Shown here in pieces: positions 28,430-37,130 of a DNA stretch of 64,000 bases. The notes under the pieces were generated by a model. It was not told the DNA's origin and made no database searches. It saw only the letters and a program-made list of their open reading frames with translations. The position numbers were made by a program, and so were the translations under genes. Numbering within the stretch: position 1 is the first letter of the stretch; each line of letters starts with the position of its first letter. The stretch comes from Alphaproteobacteria bacterium. Lineage in GTDB: Bacteria; Pseudomonadota; Alphaproteobacteria; Bin95. The stretch spans positions 64,001 through 128,000 of the forward strand of contig OZ219786.1 in assembly GCA_964291285.2 (NCBI GenBank), in the 5' to 3' direction.

Positions 28430-30125
28430 CCTAAATCCGGCAGTTGAGGATGGCTTGGCCTTGCCGAATCCCTTGTAGTCTGCGGGTATGAGCGGCTTTT
28501 CAGGGGCCGAAGAGGCTCACCCTTTGGGTGATTATCCTGGCGCTGTGCGGGATGTCGCCCGAGCGTCGGTGAAGGTGGACACCTTCGGCGGCGCGGTTCA
28601 TGTGGAATGGGACCCTGATGCGGCGGTGACGCCGCTGGGGCATCTGGCGTTTTTCTCGGAATACCTGAAGGTAAGCGGTCGCTTTGACGCTTTGGTTGCG
28701 GACTGCCCGCTGCACTACACGAGCCCGAACGCGCCGTCGAAGCGGGATGTCCTGGGGACGGTTCTTCTGTCGGTTCTGGCGGGGCAGTCTCGCTATGCGC
28801 ACATCACGTCGCTGCGCGGCGACGGGGTGAACCCTGCGCTGCTGGGTATGGACAAGGTTGCGAGCGAGGATTCGGTGCGGCGCGGTCTGGAGCGGATCGG
28901 TGCGGATGTCGGCACATCGTGGCTTCAGGGCCATCTGGACGAGGTGGTCCGTCCGCTGCTGAGGGAGCCGTGGGTTCTGGACTGCGACACGACGATCAAG
29001 GCGCTTTACGGTCGTCAGGAGGGGGCGGTTGTGAGCTACAACCCGAAGAAGCCGGGCCGCCCCTCGCATGCCTGCCATGCGTTCCTGATGGCGGGCACGC
29101 GGCTTGTTCTGGATGTCGAGGTGGCGCCGGGCAACCATCACCATTCGAGGCGCGCGGCGCCGTCCTTGTGGGCGTTGCTCGACCGTCTCGGTCGGGATCG
29201 CTGGCCGCGTCTGGTGCGGGGCGATAAGGACTGGGGCAGCGAGGCCAACATGGCGTCGTGCGAGGCTGCGGGTCTGGACTATTTGTTCAAGCTGCGCCTG
29301 ACGAAGGGGGCGCGCCGGCTTGCCGAGCGGCTGATGGTGCGGGACGGCTGGGAGGATGCAGGCCAGGGCTGGTCGGGGATCGGGGCCGATCTGCGTCTGC
29401 AGGGCTGGAGCCGGACGCGCCGGGTTGTGGTGCTGCGTCGGCGGCTTCCTGCGACGCTGGCGCTGACGCGTGGCGACAAGGCCCAGGGCGAGCTGTTCTG
29501 GACCGAGGCGCAGCCCGGCACCGGGGTGTGGGAGTTCGCGGTGCTGGCGACCTCGCTGGACCTGGAGATACGCTCGCTGGCCCAGCTCTACCGCGACCGG
29601 GCGGACGCGGAGAACGGCTTCGACGAGTTGAAGAACCAGTGGGGTTGGGGCGGCTTCACCACGCGCGACCTGACGCGCTGCCGGCACATGGCCCGGCTGA
29701 TCGCGCTCATCTACAACTGGTGGAGCCTGTTCGTGCGCCTCGCCGACCCCGACCATCACCGCGAGGCGATCACCAGCCGGCCGCTGCTCCTGCACGGGGT
29801 TGCCCGCCAGACCCACCACGCCGGCCAGACCCGGCTGACGGTGACCTCCCATCACGGGCGTCGCAAGACGGTGATGGCGGCGCTGCGCCGGATCGCCGGC
29901 TTCTTCCGGTCGCTGACGCAAACTGCGGAGCAGTTGAGCGCCGGGGATCGCTGGCGCCGCATCCTCGCCGAGGCGCTCAGGAAATACCTCCATGGCCGCG
30001 AACCGGGGCGTCAACCCTGGCTGCCGCCACCCAGGGCCGCGACCACGTGCTGAAATCCACGCCCAAATCCGACCGTTCACACTACCCCGAGACAGCGATC
30101 AAGCTCGTCAACTGCCGGATTTAGG
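28430..30125 (+). mobile_element. IS1380-family insertion sequence (1696 bp)
   Basis: 18-bp terminal inverted repeats CCTAAATCCGGCAGTTGA / TCAACTGCCGGATTTAGG and a 5-bp target duplication TTGAA (28425-28429, 30126-30130). Confidence 0.92.
28488..30053 (+). CDS. IS1380-family DDE transposase
   Basis: LDCDTT.K.LYG.QEGA…YNP.KPGRPSH, RGD, YRDRADAENGFDELKNQWG. Confidence 0.9.
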   Translation: MSGFSGAEEAHPLGDYPGAVRDVARASVKVDTFGGAVHVEWDPDAAVTPLGHLAFFSEYLKVSGRFDALVADCPLHYTSPNAPSKRDVLGTVLLSVLAGQSRYAHITSLRGDGVNPALLGMDKVASEDSVRRGLERIGADVGTSWLQGHLDEVVRPLLREPWVLDCDTTIKALYGRQEGAVVSYNPKKPGRPSHACHAFLMAGTRLVLDVEVAPGNHHHSRRAAPSLWALLDRLGRDRWPRLVRGDKDWGSEANMASCEAAGLDYLFKLRLTKGARRLAERLMVRDGWEDAGQGWSGIGADLRLQGWSRTRRVVVLRRRLPATLALTRGDKAQGELFWTEAQPGTGVWEFAVLATSLDLEIRSLAQLYRDRADAENGFDELKNQWGWGGFTTRDLTRCRHMARLIALIYNWWSLFVRLADPDHHREAITSRPLLLHGVARQTHHAGQTRLTVTSHHGRRKTVMAALRRIAGFFRSLTQTAEQLSAGDRWRRILAEALRKYLHGREPGRQPWLPPPRAATTC

Positions 30126-30898
30126 TTGAACGGTCCACCGCGCCGCCGTAGCCGCCCGCTGCTTTTTTGCACGCGGAGAGAAGCGTTGATTTGCCGCTTC
30201 CGCCCTCGCCGACCCAAAGGAACACCTTCTCGAAGCCGACCCCTCCTATCAGGCTCCCGCCGAGCACAAGCTGATAGAATTGCTGAAGCTCATCGTCACC
30301 GCCGGACATATGGTCGAGCACCTCATGCAGGCGCGTCGAAGGGCAAGCGGGATCGGGGCGGCAACCCGCCCGCATGGTGATCCGGTCTGTGAGAACCGCT
30401 TTGCGTTCCTGTCCGGACACCAGGTCCACGAGTCGGTTTCCGGGCAATCCGAGTGCGTTCGGGTTCGCGTCCCAATCTTCACGCGGCGACAGAACGGCGG
30501 GCCGTTCGACCAGCTTCAGCGCGTCGTTGATATGTCGATAGCGCCCGGCGCGGCGCATGTTCTCGTCCGTCGCTTCATCGTCGCCATTTATTCGCGCCCT
30601 GCTTTCCACCAGCTTGCGCATGGCGTCCCGGCTCGCGATCGTGGCGGCGTCGGCAGACAGCCAGCCTGTGTCCTGCATCCAGAACAGCCATTCGCCCGGC
30701 GCGAGCACTTGAAACCGTCCGGCGGCGAATTGGAGGAACCCGTCTGCAAGCTCCACTTCCGATAGCCCGGCGGCCAGCTTCGGCCTCGCCGCCTTCGGTC
30801 TGTTGCCCCGCAGTTTTTTGTTCGGTATAGTCATGATATTCCTCTCGTCCAGGAAACCCCGCACCGGGCACTGCATGGCCCGGCGCGGAACACACACA

Positions 30899-30926
30899 GA
30901 AACCCCGGCTCCCGTGCCGGGGTTTC
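30899..30926. terminator. Hairpin (terminator/attenuator) between alpA and helicase
   Basis: 11-bp stem GAAACCCCGGC-TCCCGT-GCCGGGGTTTC with T-rich flanks. Confidence 0.5.
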
Positions 30927-30931
30927 GCTTT

Positions 30932-31138
30932 TCAGGCTGCGGCAGCCTCTCCGGCTGCACGGGGCAGAGCGGCTAGCCATGCCTCAATCTCACTGGCCGG
31001 CCAGCGAATGACCTTGCCGCCGATCTTGAGCGGCCGGGGGAATTCGCCCCGGTTCATCATTGCGTAAATGGTAGAGCGGCCAAGGCCCGTTTCCGCGAGC
31101 ACTTCGCTCATTTTCATGAGCCGGTTTCCAGCCTCCAT
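30932..31138 (-). CDS. alpA: AlpA-family regulator/excisionase
   Basis: EVLAETGLGRSTIY.MM.RGEFPRPLKIG…W..SEIEAW. Confidence 0.92.
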   Translation of the reverse strand: MEAGNRLMKMSEVLAETGLGRSTIYAMMNRGEFPRPLKIGGKVIRWPASEIEAWLAALPRAAGEAAAA

Positions 31139-31179
31139 TGCGCCTCTCCTGCGTTCAAACCGAGCGGCACAATGTGGGA

Positions 31180-31671
31180 TTATTCGGAGGCTGTATGTAT
31201 GTTTCGACGCGCTTCCTTAAACATACGTTCGCCCCGTCTCCGGGCGCTCTCCACCGCCTCATAAGACAGGTTCAAGCCCTCGGCGATGAAGCGGCAGGCG
31301 GCACGCTTGGAGACGCCCAGCTCGGCAGCGCTTTCCACCATTGCCGCAATGCGGATGTCGCGCGTCGGGTCGCTGCGCGAGCCCTTCGGCGCTGCCCGTT
31401 CACCGCGTAGATATTCGGTCATGAACGCGGCCAGCCGGGCAGGCATTTCCTCGCCGGCCTCGAAGATCGCGGCGGCCAGTTCCAACAGCTGTTGAAACAC
31501 CCAGGGGTCGCGCTCTGCAAAGTGCAGCCAATGGGCCAGCGCCACCGGCCGCCGCGCGTCTGAAAGCCTTTGCCACACAAGGCACAGCGGCAAGCGTTCG
31601 GAGTAGCAGTAACTGAGCCAGCCACCTGTGCAGTAACCGAGCCAGTCATCTGTAGCCGGAATGTCAGCCAT
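31180..31671 (-). CDS. Hypothetical protein with probable C-terminal HTH
   Basis: Start overlaps the integrase stop; RD.RIAA.V…GVSKRAAC..IAEGL.LSYEAV. Confidence 0.6.
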   Translation of the reverse strand: MADIPATDDWLGYCTGGWLSYCYSERLPLCLVWQRLSDARRPVALAHWLHFAERDPWVFQQLLELAAAIFEAGEEMPARLAAFMTEYLRGERAAPKGSRSDPTRDIRIAAMVESAAELGVSKRAACRFIAEGLNLSYEAVESARRRGERMFKEARRNIHTASE

Positions 31672-32857
31672 GGCGCTGGTGCAGCTGCACCACATTGCCG
31701 GCCTCCGGCCCGCTGCCCACATAGGCCGCCCACTCGGCCATAAGGCCGCGCCTGCGCTCCAACAGGTCGGAGCGGGCATAGGCGGCCTCCACCGCGTCGG
31801 CCACGGTATGCGCCAGCGCCCGCTCCATCACGGCATGCGGCGCGTTGGTGTTCTCTTGTGCCCAATCCCGGAAGGTGGATCGCATGCCGTGGATCGTGGC
31901 CCGGTCTGCAAGGCCGGTGTCCCGCAGCATCTTGGTCAGCGTCATGTCCGAGAGCGGCGCACCGTGCTTGAGCGGCGAGGGAAACAGCAGGTCGCTGTCG
32001 TCTCGCAGCCGGGCGGCCTCTTGCAGCACGGCCAGCGCCGCGTCGGAGAGCGGCACGCGGTGCGCCACGCGAGCCTTCATGCGCTCTGCCGGCACCGTCC
32101 ACTGCCGCGCCTCCATGTCAATCTCTGCCCAGGCCGCGCCGCGCGCTTCACCAGAGCGCGCCGCCGTGAGCACCAGGAAGCGGAGGCAGAGCTTGGCCGC
32201 CATGGAGGCGCTCGTTGCGTCCACCGTCGCCAGCGCAGCCGGTATCTCTGTATACGGCAGCGCCCGGAAGTGTGCGCCCAGGCGCGGCATGCGCGGCAGC
32301 GCTGCGTCTATCACCTCGCCCGCCGGGTTCGCCTCCACATAGTCATGCGCCAGCGCCCAGGCGAAGACGGAGCGGATACGCTGCCGCACGCGCCGCGCCG
32401 TCTCCGGCTTGGCCGCCCATATCGGCGTCAGCACCGCCAGCACATCGCGGCGCTCTATGCGGTCCAGCGCCATCTTGCCCAGCTTCGGGAAGGCGTAGGT
32501 GCGCAAAGTGTTGAGCCACTGCTGATTGTGCTTGCCGTTCTTCCAACGGGGCATATTAGCCGCGTGAACCTGCCGCGCGGCCTCCTCAAATGTCGGCATC
32601 TTCGCCCGGTGCTTCTCCGCCACCGGGTCGCGCCCGTCTGCAATCGCCGCACGATGCTCGTCGGCCAGCTGCCGCGCCTTGGCCAAGGAGACCGTGGGGA
32701 AGCCGCCCAGGCCAATCTCCCGCCGTCGCCCGTCCACCGTTGCCCGGAAAATCCAGCCCTTGCTCCCGCCGCTGGCGATGCGCAGATACAGGCCGCGCCC
32801 GTCTGCGTGCATGCCCGGCTTGGTCAGTGCTTTCGTCTTTGCTGCTGTCAGTGTCAT
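31664..32857 (-). CDS. int: P4-type tyrosine integrase
   Basis: Arm-binding DG.GLYLR…GLG.FP.VSL..AR; catalytic R (TAARSGE), HGMRSTFRDW, LAH, AY.RSD. Confidence 0.95.
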   Translation of the reverse strand: MTLTAAKTKALTKPGMHADGRGLYLRIASGGSKGWIFRATVDGRRREIGLGGFPTVSLAKARQLADEHRAAIADGRDPVAEKHRAKMPTFEEAARQVHAANMPRWKNGKHNQQWLNTLRTYAFPKLGKMALDRIERRDVLAVLTPIWAAKPETARRVRQRIRSVFAWALAHDYVEANPAGEVIDAALPRMPRLGAHFRALPYTEIPAALATVDATSASMAAKLCLRFLVLTAARSGEARGAAWAEIDMEARQWTVPAERMKARVAHRVPLSDAALAVLQEAARLRDDSDLLFPSPLKHGAPLSDMTLTKMLRDTGLADRATIHGMRSTFRDWAQENTNAPHAVMERALAHTVADAVEAAYARSDLLERRRGLMAEWAAYVGSGPEAGNVVQLHQRHG

Positions 32858-32861
32858 GGTT

Positions 32862-32879
32862 TTGCCCACCACTTTGCCC
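32862..32879. repeat. Putative integrase arm-type site (copy 2)
   Basis: TTGCCCACCACTTTGCCC immediately upstream of the int start, overlapping its RBS region. Confidence 0.7.
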
Positions 32880-32997
32880 ACCAGAACAAGCGGCACAATA
32901 CAGCACGGAAAAAGACAACGCAAGACAGAAATACAGCTCTATGCCTTGTTGTGCTTAGGTTTTTACGGGCAGCAGTGGACTGTGCAAAACAGGCTTA

Positions 32998-33087
32998 TGG
33001 CGGATGGGGAGGGATTCGAACCCTCGGTGGACTTGCGCCCACGCCGGTTTTCAAGACCGGTGCATTCAACCGCTCTGCCACCCATCC
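32998..33087 (-). tRNA. tRNA-Ser (TGA)
   Basis: GGATGGGTGGCAGAGCGGTTGAATGCACCGGTCTTGAAAACCGG…GGTTCGAATCCCTCCCCATCCGCCA; 90 nt, long variable arm, encoded CCA. Confidence 0.97.
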
Positions 33088-33188
33088 GGCAGGCCGGGCC
33101 GGGCTCGCGCCGGCTCCGTGCAGCAGCCGCACCATCCTGCTAGGCTGGCCGCTCTGGAACAAGCCGGATTACGAAAGGCGCGTCTTCC

Positions 33189-34274
33189 ATGAAGGTCGGC
33201 ATTCTCTTCACCTCGCATCCGGACCCGAAGTCCGAGCCCTATCCGCACCAGGCCATCCACGAGCGCACCACCCGTGAAATCCTGGAGGCCGAGGAACTCG
33301 GCTTCGACAGCGTGTGGATCGCCGAACACCACTTCTCGAACAAGTACGGCATCCTGCCGGACCCGTTCAGCTATCTCTCCTATCTCGCTGCGAAGACGAC
33401 GAGAATCCAGCTCGGCGCCGCCGTGATGGTCGTGCCGCTGCACCATCCCATGCGGATCGTCGAGAATGCGGCCTTCGTCGATATCCTGAGCAACGGGCGC
33501 TTCCAGCTCGGCCTCGGCTCGGGCTACCGGCCCTATGAGTTCGAGGGCCTCGGCATCAGCTACGAGGAACGCCGCGAAATCCAGGCGGAGGCGATTCCGC
33601 TCATTCTCGACGGCTTCCACAAGAAGCGGGTGAATGCCGACGGCAAGTATTTCAGGATCGAGATGGACGAGATCTACGAGGTCTTCCCGCAGCCGGTCCA
33701 GCAGCCGCACCCGCCGTTCTACATGGGCGCCGGCACCGAAGGCTCGATCCGCATGGCGGCGCGGAACGGGTTCGGCCTGATGCAGTCGTCACTGCCTTCG
33801 GCCGCCACCATCGGCGAGCATATCGCGGTCTATCGCGAGCACATGGCGGAGGCGCCGGCCCCGTTCAACGCCAACCCGGCTTTCGGCGAGGTGGACGTGG
33901 TGCGCATGACCTATGTGGCGCCGACCGACGCCCGGGCCCGCGAGGAGAGCGAGGCCGGCATCACCCACCACATGAAGACGTTCCTGAGCGGCGCGGTCGG
34001 GCGCTATCTGGGCGACGTGACCGAGAAGGCGGACGAGAACCAGTTCGCCTACGAGCACCTGGTGAAGGACACCATCCTGCACGGCTCGCCGGACACGGTG
34101 CTGCGCAAGATCGAGGCCTTCCGCGACGTCGGCACGACCTCGCTGATGATCCACTATCCGCCCTATTACGGCGTCGAGCGCACGCTGGACATGCTGCGGC
34201 TCTTCGCCGCCGAGGTGCTGCCGGAACTGAAGCGGATGGAGGCACGGCCCGAGCCGCTCCGCGCCGCCGGGTAG
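33189..34274 (+). CDS. Luciferase-like (LLM) flavin-dependent oxidoreductase
   Basis: AEELGFDSVWIAEHHF, DILSNGR..LGLGSGY, P.PVQQPHPP. Confidence 0.9.
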   Translation: MKVGILFTSHPDPKSEPYPHQAIHERTTREILEAEELGFDSVWIAEHHFSNKYGILPDPFSYLSYLAAKTTRIQLGAAVMVVPLHHPMRIVENAAFVDILSNGRFQLGLGSGYRPYEFEGLGISYEERREIQAEAIPLILDGFHKKRVNADGKYFRIEMDEIYEVFPQPVQQPHPPFYMGAGTEGSIRMAARNGFGLMQSSLPSAATIGEHIAVYREHMAEAPAPFNANPAFGEVDVVRMTYVAPTDARAREESEAGITHHMKTFLSGAVGRYLGDVTEKADENQFAYEHLVKDTILHGSPDTVLRKIEAFRDVGTTSLMIHYPPYYGVERTLDMLRLFAAEVLPELKRMEARPEPLRAAG

Positions 34275-34281
34275 CGCCCCG

Positions 34282-35430
34282 GTGGCCTGGGGGGAGATCA
34301 CCGAAGAGCGGCTGGCGGAAGCGGCCGCGCTGATCGGCAGGCCGTTGCGCCGCTCGCGCCTGCAATGGATCGAGACGGCGACGCGCGACGCCGTCCGCCA
34401 TTTCGCCTGGGGCGTGGGCGACGACAACCCGCTCTGGCTCGACGAGGACTATGCCAGGGCGTCGCCCGCCGGCGGTATCGTCGCGCCGCCCTGCATCCTC
34501 TACGCCGTGGACATGACCATCGTTGCGCCCAAGCTCTCCGGCGTGCAGTGGATTTATGCCGGAACCGACTTCACCTGGTTCGACCGCATCCGCCTGGATA
34601 TGCGCTTCGAGGTCGAGGCGCGGCTGGTGCGCCAGGAGATGAAGTCCGGCCGGCGCTTCGCCCGGTGGGTGCTGCAGACGGGCGAGGTGGACTACCGGGA
34701 CAGGAGCGATGGCCGGCTTGTCGCAAAGGCCGTCGGACAGGTGGCCCGGACGCCGCGCGGCGAGCAGCTGAAGGCGGAGCGGGGCGGCGAGGCGGCGAGC
34801 GCGGCCGCCCACCGCTACACGCCCGAGGAACTGGACGGGATCGAGCGCGAGGTCCTCGCCGAAACCCGGCGGGGGCCGGAGCCGCTCTACTGGGAGGACG
34901 TATCGGTCGGCGACGCCGTGCCGCCGGTGGTCAAGGGGCCGCTCACCATCACCGATATCGTCGCCTGGTATTCCGCGACGCAGGGCGCCATGCCCTATGG
35001 CGGGGCGCATGGGGACGCGGTGCGTTACCGCCGGCGCCACGACGACTACCACATCAATCCGGAGACGGGCGCCAAGGACGCGGCCGGCCGCGGCCATCTC
35101 GAAGCCGCCACCGGCCGCGATGTCGGCATGGGCGGCGCCTACGACGTGGGCCCGCAGCGCATCGCCTGGGCGCAGCACATGCTGACGGACTGGATCGGCG
35201 ACCACGGCTTCCTGCACCGGCTGAACGTCTCCGTGCGCCGGCCGAACCTCGTCGGCGACACGATCCGGTGGCGGGGCAGGGTGACGGCCAAGCGGGAGGC
35301 CGGCGGCGCCATGCTGGCCGATCTCGACGTCGAGGCGCGGAACCAGTCCGAAATCGTCTCGGCCTTCGGCACGGCCACCGTCGCGCTGCCCTCGCGGAAG
35401 AAGGGGCCGGTGCCCCTGCCGTTATTGTGA
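34282..35430 (+). CDS. Double hot-dog MaoC-like acyl dehydratase
   Basis: RHFAWGVGDDNPLW, APP, YWEDV.VGD..P, N.VGD. Confidence 0.82.
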   Translation: MAWGEITEERLAEAAALIGRPLRRSRLQWIETATRDAVRHFAWGVGDDNPLWLDEDYARASPAGGIVAPPCILYAVDMTIVAPKLSGVQWIYAGTDFTWFDRIRLDMRFEVEARLVRQEMKSGRRFARWVLQTGEVDYRDRSDGRLVAKAVGQVARTPRGEQLKAERGGEAASAAAHRYTPEELDGIEREVLAETRRGPEPLYWEDVSVGDAVPPVVKGPLTITDIVAWYSATQGAMPYGGAHGDAVRYRRRHDDYHINPETGAKDAAGRGHLEAATGRDVGMGGAYDVGPQRIAWAQHMLTDWIGDHGFLHRLNVSVRRPNLVGDTIRWRGRVTAKREAGGAMLADLDVEARNQSEIVSAFGTATVALPSRKKGPVPLPLL

Positions 35431-37130
35431 AGGAGGCGCGCCGGCTGCCCGTCGGCCCGGTCCCGGCATCCTTCGACGGGACCGGCCGGGCGCCGGCCTA
35501 TGCCGAAACCTGGCTCGCCATGGCAGGCGCGGAAGCCGCGTCCGGCGGCCCGGCAATCCGGCTCTGGGATTTCCAGGTGGGCATGGAAGGCAGCGGCGCG
35601 GACGCGTGCGCCGTTGCCGGACCGGCGGCCGCGATCGGCCATGCGGACGGTCCGGGCGTGCCGCTGCCGGCGGACATGCCGGAGAAATGGTGCGGACTTG
35701 TGGGCGCCATACTGGCGCTAGCGGAGGCCTGGCGCGGACAGGACGGCCGTGCACCTGAATACGATGTGTCAGCGGCGGACATCATGCGCACCTTCGCACT
35801 GCAGAACTCCGGCACGCCGGAGGAGCGGCGCCGCCTCTGGAAGCGCAACGGGCGTATCTGCGTCGAGCATGGCCTTATCTTTCCCATGGGCTTCTTTGCC
35901 TGCCGGGACGGCCATGTCGCGCTGCTCGGGCGCTCCCGGCGGGACTGGCGGCGGATCGCGGCGGCATTGGGCGACCCCGGATGGACGCGCCGGCCGGGCT
36001 TCGACAATCCGTTCGCCCTGGCGAGAGACAGCGCTGAAGCGGACGCGCTCCTGGAAGAAACGCTGGCGGACAAGGAGAGGGACGGGCTTCTGGCGCGCGG
36101 GCTGGAGGAAGGCGCGGTCATCGCTCCCGTTTACAGCTATGGCGAGGCGCTGGAGCGAGGCGTGTTCAGGCCCGGTTTCGAAGAGCCGGCCATGCCGTTT
36201 CTGGCGGAGCCGTCGGGCGGCGGGGGCGCCAAGGTCCGCCGGAAGCGGGGCGGCCCGGCAGGGCCGCTGGAGGGGCTTGTCTGCGTGGAGCTTTGCTGGA
36301 TCTGGTCGGGGCCGATGGTGGGCCAGTTGCTGGCCGATCTCGGCGCGGAGGTCGTCAAGGTCGAGTCTCCGGACCGCTTCGATCTCTACCGCACGCGCGG
36401 ACTGGAGCATTTGCGGGGCGAGATGGACGAGCATGTCCGGCTCGAAAGCTCGCTTTACTTCCACAGCCTGAACCGGAACAAGACCGGGCTTTCGCTCAAC
36501 CTGAAGTCGGAGGAGGGCAGGACCCGGCTGCTTGAACTGGTGGCCCGAGCCGACCTGCTGATCGAAAATTTCACCGTCGGGACGATGGAGCGGATGGGGC
36601 TCGGGCGCGAGGTGCTGGCACGCGCCAATCCGGGTCTGGTCAGCCTGTCGATGAGCGGGCCGGGCAAGGGCTCGTCGGTGGAGTGGCTCCGGTCCTACGG
36701 TCTGGTGCTGAGCGCGCTCGGCGGCGCGGAAATCCTGATCCGGGACGATGAGGGCGCCTTCATCGGCTCGCCGACCTTCTCGATCAGTGACCCGAATGCC
36801 GCCTGTTTCGGCGCGCTGGCGGTGCTTGCCGCCCTGGTTGCGGGGGACCGCGACGGCGAGGGCCGGGCGCTCGACCTCTCGCAGATCGAGGCCGCCGCGG
36901 CGCTCGCCGCAACGCCGGCCGTCGGCCCGCCGTATCCGATGACGGCGCCTGTAGTCGAACTCGACGACAGCGACGCCTCGCCTGCCTTCGCGGACTGTCC
37001 CGGCTGGATCGAGGCTCACCATCCCGTCACCGGCAGGGAACGGCTGGTGGCCGCGCCCTGGCGCGTGGACGGGAGACGCCCGCCGTTCCGCAAACCCGCA
37101 CCGATGCTCGAACGGGGAACCGAAAGATGA
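35427..37130 (+). CDS. CaiB/BaiF family III CoA-transferase (two-domain)
   Basis: PLEGL..VE..WIWSGP…LADLGAEVVKVE, LNRNK, ADLLIENF; preceded by a degenerate first domain. Confidence 0.82.
   Translation: MKEARRLPVGPVPASFDGTGRAPAYAETWLAMAGAEAASGGPAIRLWDFQVGMEGSGADACAVAGPAAAIGHADGPGVPLPADMPEKWCGLVGAILALAEAWRGQDGRAPEYDVSAADIMRTFALQNSGTPEERRRLWKRNGRICVEHGLIFPMGFFACRDGHVALLGRSRRDWRRIAAALGDPGWTRRPGFDNPFALARDSAEADALLEETLADKERDGLLARGLEEGAVIAPVYSYGEALERGVFRPGFEEPAMPFLAEPSGGGGAKVRRKRGGPAGPLEGLVCVELCWIWSGPMVGQLLADLGAEVVKVESPDRFDLYRTRGLEHLRGEMDEHVRLESSLYFHSLNRNKTGLSLNLKSEEGRTRLLELVARADLLIENFTVGTMERMGLGREVLARANPGLVSLSMSGPGKGSSVEWLRSYGLVLSALGGAEILIRDDEGAFIGSPTFSISDPNAACFGALAVLAALVAGDRDGEGRALDLSQIEAAAALAATPAVGPPYPMTAPVVELDDSDASPAFADCPGWIEAHHPVTGRERLVAAPWRVDGRRPPFRKPAPMLERGTER

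Larger units (their letters stand above)
27706..30834 (-). pseudogene. P4/D5-like SF3 helicase (phage/plasmid primase family) interrupted by IS1380
   Basis: Walker A GEGGSGKS before the IS and LVGKRLVVSNE…RRFVVIP after it; removing the IS plus one TTGAA restores in-frame AVDRSTLEGGDGQHRTFLEALVGKRL. Confidence 0.9.
20974..33022 (-). mobile_element. Capsid-forming phage satellite (cf-PICI-like) integrated at tRNA-Ser
   Basis: att repeats, tyrosine integrase, AlpA, D5-like helicase, TerL, HNH, HK97-type capsid, protease, connector and portal, all co-directional; no tail or lysis genes. Confidence 0.85.

Noticed and set aside
31606-31650. Short direct repeat GCAGTAAC(T/C)GAGCCAG
   Set aside because: Two copies only, inside a CDS and encoding a WL(G/S)YC repeat; not a CRISPR array or clear site.
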